DNA from: an uncultured Solirubrobacterales bacterium
GTDB lineage: Bacteria; Actinomycetota; Thermoleophilia; Solirubrobacterales; 70-9
Reading direction: 5' to 3'
NCBI GenBank assembly: GCA_963789505.1
Contig: CAWBLE010000013.1
Location: 13,159-77,158, forward strand
DNA length: 64,000 bases
Positions 10,865-18,621 of the stretch are shown one piece after another. The translations under genes and the position numbers were made by a program. Every line of letters starts with the position of its first letter. The first letter of the stretch is position 1. Below the pieces are notes generated by a model that saw nothing but the letters and a program-made list of their open reading frames with translations, searched no databases and had not been told where the DNA came from.

Positions 10865-10963
10865 TTTGTGCCTGGTAGCCGTCCCCAGCCTGCGTTACAT
10901 TCGGCTCAATCCACCTCGCGCACCGACGCGAGTCTTGCCCGAAGCGGCAACGAAAGGAGACCC

Positions 10964-11110
10964 ATGCCTGAGGGTTACTGCGTCAAAGAGCGCAAGAAGG
11001 TCGAGATCAAGGACGCCAAACAGGTGACCATGAAAAACGGTCGCCCCGCGATTCAGGGCACCTGCCCCGACTGCGGCACGAAAATCTTCAAGATCGGCAA
11101 ACTCGAGTAG
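10964..11110 (+). CDS. DUF5679-type small zinc-ribbon protein.
   Basis: 48 aa: MPEGYCVKERKKVEIKDAKQVTMKNGRPAIQGTCPDCGTKIFKIGKLE, with a C...CPDC ribbon. SD aaaggaga lies 4 nt upstream of the ATG. Confidence 0.7.
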   Translation: MPEGYCVKERKKVEIKDAKQVTMKNGRPAIQGTCPDCGTKIFKIGKLE

Positions 11111-11160
11111 GCGCGAGGCGGCGCTCTATCAAGGGCGCCGCCCCCGTTATCGTCCCCCCC

Positions 11161-11340
11161 GTGAAGCGAGACATCGTCACGCCGCTCCCGCCGGAGGGCG
11201 ACCCGTGGCGCGACAACGAGCTCGTCCGCCGCGCGAGGATTCGCGAAGACGCCGAGCGACCGATCGGCGAGAACCTGGCGGAGACGATCGCCCTGAGCGA
11301 GTTCCTCTGCAACCTCGCCGGCGCTGATCTGGACAAGTGA
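11161..11340 (+). CDS. Small hypothetical protein (59 aa), translationally coupled to the downstream nucleotidyltransferase; antitoxin-like position.
   Basis: GTG at 11161 gives VKRDIVTPLPPEGDPWRDNELVRRARIREDAERPIGENLAETIALSEFLCNLAGADLDK. G/C sits at almost every third position in this frame. The stop TGA overlaps the next GTG (aaGTGAcc). It is below the 60-aa cutoff of the ORF track. Confidence 0.5.
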   Translation: MKRDIVTPLPPEGDPWRDNELVRRARIREDAERPIGENLAETIALSEFLCNLAGADLDK

Positions 11341-11834
11341 CCCCACGGGTCTTTCGCCCCCTCGCGCTACTCGAACGCCTCAACAAATCCGGTGTGCGCT
11401 ACGTCGTCGTCGGTGGCCTCGCCGTGGGGGCCTGGGGGTACGTGCGAGGGACCGACGACCTCGACATCGTTCCGGATCCCTCAGCCGACAACCTGAAGCG
11501 ACTCGCGGAGGTTCTCGAAGCCTTGGACGGACGTGTCGTCGTGGGCGACCAGGTCCTTACGACGTCGGCGATCAAGACGTTCCTGCGGGTCGGCGACAAG
11601 ACGTTGGTGAGGACGAGCTTGGGCGAGGTAGACGTTCTGCAAGGCCTGCCGCAGATCCCCAGGTACGACGAACTAGCTCCCAAAGCGGCCAGCTCCGAAC
11701 TCGAGGGAATACAGATCGAAGTCTGCTCTCTGGAGCATCTGAGGGCGATGAAGCGAGCGGCCGACCGACCACTCGACCGTCTTGATCTGGAGGCGCTGGA
11801 GCTAGCCCATCCCGAGGATCGCGAAGACAGATAG
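11337..11834 (+). CDS. Nucleotidyltransferase-fold protein of the minimal NTase / DUF6036-like type.
   Basis: 165 aa. NTase signature VVGGLAVGAWGYVRGTDDLDIV (G[GS]-x(9-13)-DxD) and C-terminal SLEHLRAMKRAADRPLDRLDLEAL. About a quarter of codons end in A/T (AGA, ATA, CTA used), unlike the neighbours. Confidence 0.6.
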   Translation: MTPRVFRPLALLERLNKSGVRYVVVGGLAVGAWGYVRGTDDLDIVPDPSADNLKRLAEVLEALDGRVVVGDQVLTTSAIKTFLRVGDKTLVRTSLGEVDVLQGLPQIPRYDELAPKAASSELEGIQIEVCSLEHLRAMKRAADRPLDRLDLEALELAHPEDREDR

Positions 11835-12376
11835 TCGCCGTCACTTCGCCTGGCGACGCACTGTAGCCGCCGCGGGGCGAACTCCTCGCGCTTGAGGGAT
11901 ACAGCGTCTGCGGGTCGGGCATTCCTGCTCCGGCAAGGGGCCCTTCGAGAGCCACGCCAGCGGCACGATGCTGATGAAGGAGCTCAAGATCCCCTGGAAC
12001 AACTGGAGCTCCTTCGAACGGGAAACGCCGGCGAGCGTGTTCCCGCCCGGCGACGCTCGAGCAGGTCATCCTGGTTCACCGGCAAGCTCGCCACGCAGGA
12101 CGGGCTCGACGACTTGATTCTACGCTGTCCCCCCGCGCTCGGACCCGTTCCCGGGCTCAGCGCTATTCCAGCCTGGGGCGCACCAGAAGTCGGCCGCCTC
12201 ACGGCCATAGACGAATCCGTCTAGACGAGGGGGCGCCACGCCCCTCCCCGGCCTCGAGCGCCGCCTGATCGGTGCCGCCCTGGCGATGGTCGCGACCCGC
12301 GCCGCAAGCGGCGACCCCCGCCGCCCGCGCGAGCTCGAGCCTGAGCTGACTGAGCTCCTCCTCGCCTCGCTCTGAC

Positions 12377-12697
12377 CTACGTCGCGATTCCGGTGACGAT
12401 CACGCCGAGCAGCGTGACGATGACCCCGCCGCCGGTGATCATGATCACCCGCATCAGGTCATAGAAGCGATCCTCAAGCTTGTCAAAACGCTTATCGACG
12501 TCATCGAAGCGCTTGCCGACGTCATCGAAGCGCTTGCCGACGTCATCGAAGCGCTTGCCGACGTCATCGAAGCGCCGGTCGACCTCGTTGAAGCGCGCGT
12601 CGGTGCGTCGCGCGGCTTCGTCGAAGCGCCGATTCACTTCGCCGCGAAAGTCGTCCAGCCGCTCGTCGGTCCAGTTCTCTCTCATCGTCACCGCCAT
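12377..12697 (-). CDS. Tail-anchored coiled-coil protein with tandem RFDDVGK heptad repeats.
   Basis: MAVTMRENWTDERLDDFRGEVNRRFDEAARRTDARFNEVDRRFDDVGKRFDDVGKRFDDVGKRFDDVDKRFDKLEDRFYDLMRVIMITGGGVIVTLLGVIVTGIAT. I placed the start at the ATG at 12697 inside the longer ORF 12377-12823. Confidence 0.6.
   Translation of the reverse strand: MAVTMRENWTDERLDDFRGEVNRRFDEAARRTDARFNEVDRRFDDVGKRFDDVGKRFDDVGKRFDDVDKRFDKLEDRFYDLMRVIMITGGGVIVTLLGVIVTGIAT
12496..12576. repeat. Perfect 21-bp tandem repeat, 3 full copies plus a partial one, inside the coding sequence.
   Basis: The unit cgacgtcatcgaagcgcttgc occurs at 12496, 12517 and 12538, then cgacgtcatcgaagcgcc follows. It encodes GKRFDDV on the minus strand. 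Confidence 0.9.
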
Positions 12698-12779
12698 GGT
12701 AGCGCCATCGTAGACAGAACAACTCGCGCGAGTGGCGCGCGAAATCAAAATCTTCTGTGACGGCTTGCGCCGGAAACGG

Positions 12780-13406
12780 CTACGCCCGCTTGCGCCAGGA
12801 GACGGTCGGGGCCACCTCGGCACGGATCTCCGTGACCAATCTGGTGGCTATTTCGCCGGGCTCTTCGCCGGGCTTCGCCTGACCGCCCGCCGGCTCGAAG
12901 AAGCGGGTGCGCAGGCGCGGGCGACGGGGGAAGCCGGTCAGCTCCGAGGTGCCCTCGATCGCGACGCAGACGAGCTTCGCCTCGGGCACCTCGAGCGCCA
13001 GGCGGCCGACGCCACTGCGCGGCCGCAGCACCTTGCCGCGCGAGCGGGTGCCTTCCGGGAAGACGCCGATACAGGCGCCCCTGCGCAGCTCCTCGATCGC
13101 CCGCGCCAGGGCCCCGGCGTCGCCGGCGCCGCGCTCGATCGGGATCTGGCCCATGCCGTTGAGCACCGGCGCCAGGCCGCGCACGTCCCAGAGCGTCGAT
13201 TTCGCCAGCGCCCGGATCTGCCGCCGCCGGATCGCCGCGACTCCGACCGCGACCGGGTCCCAGTGGCTGTCGTGGTTGCCGATGACCAGCACCGGCCCCT
13301 CGGCGGGCAACGCCTCGAGCCCCTCGACCTCAAGTCGTCCCCAGGCCGAGACGACCGGGCGAGAGACGGACATCGCGAACCTGTACATGGTGCTGGGCTC
13401 GTTCAC
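12780..13406 (-). CDS. 1-acyl-sn-glycerol-3-phosphate acyltransferase family (PlsC-like).
   Basis: 208 aa with motifs GNHDSHWDP (HX4D) and FPEGTRS. Confidence 0.75.
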   Translation of the reverse strand: MNEPSTMYRFAMSVSRPVVSAWGRLEVEGLEALPAEGPVLVIGNHDSHWDPVAVGVAAIRRRQIRALAKSTLWDVRGLAPVLNGMGQIPIERGAGDAGALARAIEELRRGACIGVFPEGTRSRGKVLRPRSGVGRLALEVPEAKLVCVAIEGTSELTGFPRRPRLRTRFFEPAGGQAKPGEEPGEIATRLVTEIRAEVAPTVSWRKRA

Positions 13407-13480
13407 GGCGGTGGAGTTCTACCCGACCCCGGCGCTCCCCGGCCCGCCGGTGGCGATCCCCTCGCGCTGTAAATTGTCTA

Positions 13481-13496
13481 AGTGACGAAAGTCACA
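13481..13496. promoter_or_regulatory. CRP/GlxR-type site AGTGA-N6-TCACA in a divergent promoter region.
   Basis: agtgacgaaagtcaca matches TGTGA-N6-TCACA at 9 of 10 half-site positions. It is centred about 48 nt upstream of the PAS gene ATG and about 80 nt upstream of the plsC-like start. Confidence 0.45.
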
Positions 13497-13536
13497 GCCC
13501 TGGTACACATCCGCATTCGAGGGTAGGCGCTTACGC

Positions 13537-13956
13537 ATGGAGACTGAGACGGTGACCCAAAAGCCCCTTGAGTTGATCCTCGCCCGCAACCTGATGTCGG
13601 CGCTCTCGACCCCGGCCTTCCTCGTCGACGAGGGCGGCATCCTGGTCTTCTACAACGAGGCGGCCGGGATGCTGCTCGGTAAGTCGTGGGAGGAACTGGG
13701 CACGGTCGGAGCACAGGAGTGGGGTCGCCTATTCGGCCCCTTCGACCAGAGCGGCGAGCCGATCCCGTATGAGGACCTGCCGCTGGTCAGCGCCGTCCGC
13801 GACGACCGTCCCGCCCATGGCGAATTCGAGATCCGCTCGACTGACGGCACGCGCCACCAGGTCGAGGTCTCCGCATTCCCGATCCAGACCACGCATGGCT
13901 CGCGCGGCGCGATCGCCGTCTTCTGGCCCGCGGCGACAAACGGATCGGCCGCCTGA
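13537..13956 (+). CDS. PAS domain-containing protein (stand-alone sensor).
   Basis: 139 aa: ...PAFLVDEGGILVFYNEAAGMLLGKSWEELG...FEIRSTDGTRHQVEVSAFPI... Confidence 0.65.
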   Translation: METETVTQKPLELILARNLMSALSTPAFLVDEGGILVFYNEAAGMLLGKSWEELGTVGAQEWGRLFGPFDQSGEPIPYEDLPLVSAVRDDRPAHGEFEIRSTDGTRHQVEVSAFPIQTTHGSRGAIAVFWPAATNGSAA

Positions 13957-13957
13957 G

Positions 13958-14839
13958 ATGAAGGCCAAGCTCTGGGGCACGCGCGGCTCGGTCCCCTCCC
14001 CAGGGCCGGAGACGATCCGCTACGGCGGCAACACCTCCTGTGTCGGCGTCACCCTCTCCGACGGCTCGCTGCTGGCGCTCGACGCCGGCACCGGGATCCG
14101 CAACCTCGGCCTCGCCCTGCCCGACGAGCCGACCCGGTTGCACATCCTGCTCACCCACCTGCACCTCGACCACATCCAGGGCCTCGTCTTCTTCGCCCCC
14201 TGCTTCCGCCCCCAGACCGAGATCGTGATCTGGGGGCCGGCCTCGCCCGAGGCCTCGCTGCGCGACCGCATCTCGCGCTACATCTCGGCCCCGCTGAGCC
14301 CGATCGAGGTGCGCGAGCTGCCCTGCGACGTCTCCTTCCGCAGCACCCCCGAGACCGAGTGGAAGATCGGCCCGGCGCGGATCCGCGCCGCCTCCGTCGC
14401 CCACCGCGGACCGACGCTCGGCTACCGGATCGACGACGGCCCCGATTCGCTCGCCTACATCCCCGACCACGAGCCCGCGCTCGGCGCCGACCTCGAGACG
14501 ATGGAGCGGGAGTGGATCTCCGGCTTCGGCCTCGCCGAGGACGCCTCGCTGCTGATCCACGACGGCCAATATGCCGACGAGGAGTACGGGGAGCACCTCG
14601 GCTGGGGTCACTCCTCGCTCTCGCACGCACTCAGCTTCGCCCGCCGCACCCGCGCCGGGCGCACCATCCTCTTCCACCACGATCCGCTCCATTCCGACGA
14701 CCAGCTCGACCTCCTTGCAGCCGAGGCGGAGCGCGACTGGGTCGCTTCGGGGGGCGAGCCGGGGGCGGTCGAGATCGGCGCCGAGGGCGCCGAAATAGAT
14801 GTGGGAAGGGTGCCAGCGGGCGCGATTCAGCCGGCCTAG
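13958..14839 (+). CDS. MBL-fold metallo-hydrolase.
   Basis: The ATG lies 1 nt after the PAS gene stop. MKAKLWGTRGSVPSPGPETIRYGGNTSCV...LLTHLHLDHIQGL (HxHxDH motif)...GWGHSS...LFHHDP. Confidence 0.75.
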   Translation: MKAKLWGTRGSVPSPGPETIRYGGNTSCVGVTLSDGSLLALDAGTGIRNLGLALPDEPTRLHILLTHLHLDHIQGLVFFAPCFRPQTEIVIWGPASPEASLRDRISRYISAPLSPIEVRELPCDVSFRSTPETEWKIGPARIRAASVAHRGPTLGYRIDDGPDSLAYIPDHEPALGADLETMEREWISGFGLAEDASLLIHDGQYADEEYGEHLGWGHSSLSHALSFARRTRAGRTILFHHDPLHSDDQLDLLAAEAERDWVASGGEPGAVEIGAEGAEIDVGRVPAGAIQPA

Positions 14840-14909
14840 CAATACATCCGTCCCTATTTCGGTACGAATAGAGTACTTTTCTCGTTTGGTCCGCTACCCT
14901 GGGCTTTGG

Positions 14910-15530
14910 ATGTCTTCTCCCGCCAGTCGGATCGACTCCAAGTCCGAGCGCTCGGCGCTCGTCCGGGGCGCGCTCTCCGTCGCCCGCCGCGCCCACGCCG
15001 GCCAGTTCCGACAGACCGGCTGCGACGAGATCCCCTTCATCGAGCACCTGCTCGCCGTGTCCGAGCCGATGGCCGAAGACACCTACCCCGAAGAGGTGCT
15101 CGCCGCGGCGCTCCTGCACGACGTCGCCGAGCACGCCGAAATCGAGCCCGAGTCGCTGCGCGGCCGCTTCGGCGACCGCGTGGTCGAGCTGGTCGAGGCG
15201 CTGACCGAAGACACCTCGATCGAGGACTATGAGGAGCGCAAGCAGGAGCACCGCGAGCGGGTCGCCGCCGCCGGGTCCGACGCGCGGGCGATCTTCACGG
15301 CCGACAAGGCCGCCAATGTCGCTGTCCTGCGCGAGGCCTACGCAATCCTCGGCGAGAGCGTCGACGAGGATCTGCCGGTCAACCTCGACGTCAAGATCCG
15401 CGTCTGGGAGTTCGACCTCGAAATGCTCTTCACCGAGTCGCCGGACGTCCCCCTGGTCGACCGCTTCGCCGACGAGATGGTCGGCCTCTGGGGCCAGCGC
15501 GCCGAAGGCGAACAGGCTTCGCTCTGCTGA
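14910..15530 (+). CDS. HD domain protein resembling a RelA/SpoT-type hydrolase (small alarmone hydrolase-like).
   Basis: ARRAHAGQFRQTG...IEHLLAVS...AALLHDVAEH...EERKQEHRERV. I chose the start at the ATG at 14910 within ORF 14799-15530. Confidence 0.6.
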   Translation: MSSPASRIDSKSERSALVRGALSVARRAHAGQFRQTGCDEIPFIEHLLAVSEPMAEDTYPEEVLAAALLHDVAEHAEIEPESLRGRFGDRVVELVEALTEDTSIEDYEERKQEHRERVAAAGSDARAIFTADKAANVAVLREAYAILGESVDEDLPVNLDVKIRVWEFDLEMLFTESPDVPLVDRFADEMVGLWGQRAEGEQASLC

Positions 15531-15564
15531 ACGGCCGGCGCCCCGGAGAAGCAGATCGCGCGCC

Positions 15565-16248
15565 GTGGGACGCCTCGCGGTCATCCTCGGCAGCGGCGCC
15601 GCCGGCCCGGGCGGGGCCGAGGTAGTGGCGACGGCCGAGCGGGATGCGGTCGTCCTGCAACGGCACGGCCCCGCCGACGCCTATGTCCTCCCCCACCGGA
15701 TCGACCACGAGGGCAACCTGCGCTCGCTGCTCGCGGCCGGCTGCGACCGCGTGCTGGCGATCTGCTCGGTCGGGTCGCTCGACGCCGCGATCGCGGTCGG
15801 CGGCTTCGTCTGCCCGCACGACTTCATCGCCCTGCAGACGACCGTGACCGTCCACGACGACCCGCGCGGCCACGCGACGGCCGGCTTCGACGGCGCCTGG
15901 CGCGGCGAGGTGCTCGCCGCCTGGAGGGGATGCGGCGCCGGGCCGCTGCGCGACGGCGGCGTCTACTGGCAGACCAACGGGCCGCGCTTCGAGACGCCGG
16001 CCGAGATCGGCCTGATCGCCGCACACGCCGACCTGGTCGGGATGACCCTGGCCTCGGAGTGCGTCGTCGCCGGCGAGCTCGGCCTGCCGTACGCGGCGGT
16101 CTGCGTCGTCGACAACCTCGCCAACGGCGTCGCCGCCCGTCCCCTCTCCCCGACCGAGCTCGAAGCCGACCGCGAGCGCAACACGGTGCGACTGCGCGAC
16201 GACCTCGCCGCCGCCCTGCCCACCCTTGCCGGACGTTCCGGTGCGTAG
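15565..16248 (+). CDS. Purine nucleoside / S-methyl-5'-thioadenosine phosphorylase family protein.
   Basis: GTG at 15565 gives VGRLAVILGSG...YWQTNGPRFETPAEI...DLVGMTLASECVVAGELGLPYAAVCVVDN. Confidence 0.7.
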   Translation: MGRLAVILGSGAAGPGGAEVVATAERDAVVLQRHGPADAYVLPHRIDHEGNLRSLLAAGCDRVLAICSVGSLDAAIAVGGFVCPHDFIALQTTVTVHDDPRGHATAGFDGAWRGEVLAAWRGCGAGPLRDGGVYWQTNGPRFETPAEIGLIAAHADLVGMTLASECVVAGELGLPYAAVCVVDNLANGVAARPLSPTELEADRERNTVRLRDDLAAALPTLAGRSGA

Positions 16249-16256
16249 CGGTCCAT

Positions 16257-17543
16257 ATGGGCGCTGATCCACCGGCACGTCCGTTGGTGGTCGTCGATGC
16301 GCTCCGCGACGGGGAAAGCGTCGGCGTGCGTTGCGTGGACGGGACGATCGCGGCGATCGGGCCCGCGGTCGTCGCCGAGCGCGGCGACGACGTGGTCGAC
16401 GCGGGCGGGATGCCGCTCGTCCCGGCGCTGGTCAACGGCCACACGCACGCGGCGATGACGCTGTTCCGCGGCTACGGCGGCGACCTGCCGCTGATGCGCT
16501 GGCTGGAGGAGAAGATCTGGCCGGTCGAGGCGAGGCTCGAGGCCGAGGACGTCTACTGGGGCGTGCGGCTCGCCTGCGCCGAGATGATCCGCACCGGCAC
16601 CGCCCGCTTCTGGGACATGTACTGGCACCCGGAGGCGACCGCGCGGGCGGTCGAGGACGCCGGCCTGCGCGCCCACGTCGGCGGGCCGCTGTTCGACGCC
16701 GACGGGCGCACCGCCGAGATGCGGGCCCAGGCGACCGCGGACCTCGAGGCGCTCGCCGGGTTCGGCCCGGCGATCGCGGCCTCGGTCGCGCCGCACTCGA
16801 TCTACACGGTCAGCGAAAAGCTGCTGCGCTGGGCCGGAGAGCAGGCCGCGGAGCGCGGGCTCGTCCTCCACACGCACCTATCCGAGACGGGGAAGGAGGT
16901 CGCCGACTGCATCGCAGCGCACGGCGAGCGCCCGGCCTTCTACCTCGACCGGCTCGGCCTGCTCGGCGAGCGCACCGTGCTCGCCCACGGCGTCTGGCTC
17001 GACCAGGCTGAGTTGGAGCTGATCGCGGCCCGCGGCGCCACCGTCATCGCCAACCCGGTCGCCAACATGAAGCTCGCCGTCGGCGGCTTCATGCCCTACC
17101 CGGCGGCGCGCGACGCCGGGGTCGCGGTCGGGCTGGGCACCGACGGCGCCGGCTCCAACGACTCGCTCGACCTGCTCGCCGACCTCAAGCTCTTCGCCCT
17201 GACCCAGCGCCACGCCAGTGGCGACGCCGAAGTCATCCCCGCCGCCGAGGCGCTCGAGATCGCCGGCGGAACCCGCGCGCCGCTGCTGCGCGACGGCGAG
17301 GCGGGCGTGCCGGCCGACCCGCTCACGCCCGGCGCCCCGGCCGACTTCCTGCTGCTGCGCGGCGAGGGGGCCGAGCTCGGCCTCGGCGAGCTCGCCTCCG
17401 ACCTCGTCTACGCCGCGAGCGGCGCCGTCGTCGACACCACCGTCGTCGCCGGCCGCGTGCTGATGCGCGGCGGCGCGGTCGCCGGCCTCGAGGAGATCGT
17501 CGCCCGCGCCGCCGAGCGTGCCGATCGGCTGGGAATCAAGTGA
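16257..17543 (+). CDS. Amidohydrolase of the MTA/SAH deaminase (MtaD/TrzA) type.
   Basis: ...LVNGHTHAAMTLFRGYGGDLPLMRWLEEKIWP...VLHTHLSET...AHGVWL...GLGTDGAGSNDSLDL... Confidence 0.75.
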   Translation: MGADPPARPLVVVDALRDGESVGVRCVDGTIAAIGPAVVAERGDDVVDAGGMPLVPALVNGHTHAAMTLFRGYGGDLPLMRWLEEKIWPVEARLEAEDVYWGVRLACAEMIRTGTARFWDMYWHPEATARAVEDAGLRAHVGGPLFDADGRTAEMRAQATADLEALAGFGPAIAASVAPHSIYTVSEKLLRWAGEQAAERGLVLHTHLSETGKEVADCIAAHGERPAFYLDRLGLLGERTVLAHGVWLDQAELELIAARGATVIANPVANMKLAVGGFMPYPAARDAGVAVGLGTDGAGSNDSLDLLADLKLFALTQRHASGDAEVIPAAEALEIAGGTRAPLLRDGEAGVPADPLTPGAPADFLLLRGEGAELGLGELASDLVYAASGAVVDTTVVAGRVLMRGGAVAGLEEIVARAAERADRLGIK

Positions 17544-18610
17544 CCGCGGATGTGCTGAGCGAAATCGGCAAGGGGCTCGAACAGTCGTTCCTGATGGCCT
17601 ACGAGGTCTGGTGGGCGCTGGTGCTCGGCTTCGCGATCTCGGCCGCGGTCCAGGCGCTGGTGCCGAGCGAGCGGATCCAGGCCAGCCTCGCCGGGCGCGG
17701 GCCGAAGCCGGTGGCGCTGGCGACCGGGCTCGGCGCCGCCTCCTCCTCCTGCTCCTACGCGGCGATCTCGATCGCCAAGACGCTGATCCAGAAGGGCGCC
17801 TCGGCGACGACCGCGCTCGCCTTCCAGTTCGCCTCGACCAACCTCGTCTGGGAGCTCGGGCTCGTCCTCTGGGTGCTGATCGGGTGGCAGTTCGCCCTCG
17901 CCGAGTACGTCGGCGGGATCATTCTGATCGTGCTGATGGCGCTGCTGCTGCGCGTCTTCGTCTCGCCGCAGCTCGAAGAGCAGGCGCGGGTGCACGCCCA
18001 GGAGGCCCAAGAGGGCCACGAACACGACCACGGCGGCGACGGCGGCGGCAAATGGACGGCGGTCGCCGAGAACTTCCGCGGCGACTGGACGATGCTCTGG
18101 AAGGAGATCACGATCGGCTTCCTGCTCGCCGGCTTCATCGGCCTGCTCGGCAACGACTTCTTCAACTTCCTCTTCATCACCGACGCGCCGCCGGCGATCC
18201 AGACGATCGAGAACGTCCTGGTCGGGCCGCTGATCGCGATCCTCAGCTTCGTCTGCTCGGTCGGCAACGTGCCGCTGGCGGCGGTGCTCTGGTCGGGCGG
18301 GATCAGCTTCGCCGGCGTGATCGCCTTCATCTTCGCCGACCTGATCGTGCTCACGATCGTCGCCGCCTACCGCAAGTACTACGGGACGAAGTTCGCGCTG
18401 CGGATCACGGCGCTGATGTTCGTGACGATGGTGATCGCGGCGCTGATCGTCGACCTGCTCTTCGGCCTCGCCGGGCTGATCCCGGACGCCCGCCCCACCC
18501 GCGCCGACGTCTTCGGCTCGGTCGAGCTCGACTACAAGCTCGTCCTCAACGTCCTCGCTTCGGGAATCTTCGCGGTCCTGATGTGGATGACGCGGCGCCG
18601 GCGGGTATAG
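17540..18610 (+). CDS. Permease (DUF318 / YraQ-type two-repeat membrane protein).
   Basis: 356-aa polytopic membrane ORF with ...AASSSCSYAAISIAKTL... and ...FVCSVGNVPLAAVLW... and a His/Gly-rich central loop. Its start overlaps the upstream stop. Confidence 0.6.
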   Translation: MTADVLSEIGKGLEQSFLMAYEVWWALVLGFAISAAVQALVPSERIQASLAGRGPKPVALATGLGAASSSCSYAAISIAKTLIQKGASATTALAFQFASTNLVWELGLVLWVLIGWQFALAEYVGGIILIVLMALLLRVFVSPQLEEQARVHAQEAQEGHEHDHGGDGGGKWTAVAENFRGDWTMLWKEITIGFLLAGFIGLLGNDFFNFLFITDAPPAIQTIENVLVGPLIAILSFVCSVGNVPLAAVLWSGGISFAGVIAFIFADLIVLTIVAAYRKYYGTKFALRITALMFVTMVIAALIVDLLFGLAGLIPDARPTRADVFGSVELDYKLVLNVLASGIFAVLMWMTRRRRV

Positions 18611-18621
18611 GCTCGCCGTGA

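Noticed and set aside
11892-12224. 110-aa plus-strand ORF as a real gene.
   Set aside because: GC3 is mixed and changes along the ORF, there is no start context or recognisable motif, and neighbouring frames carry equally coding-like fragments. I treat it as gene debris (see findings).
12496-12576. Possible CRISPR-like short repeat array.
   Set aside because: The units are directly tandem with no spacers, have a 21-nt in-frame period, and encode a heptad repeat inside an ORF. No cas genes are present anywhere in the window.
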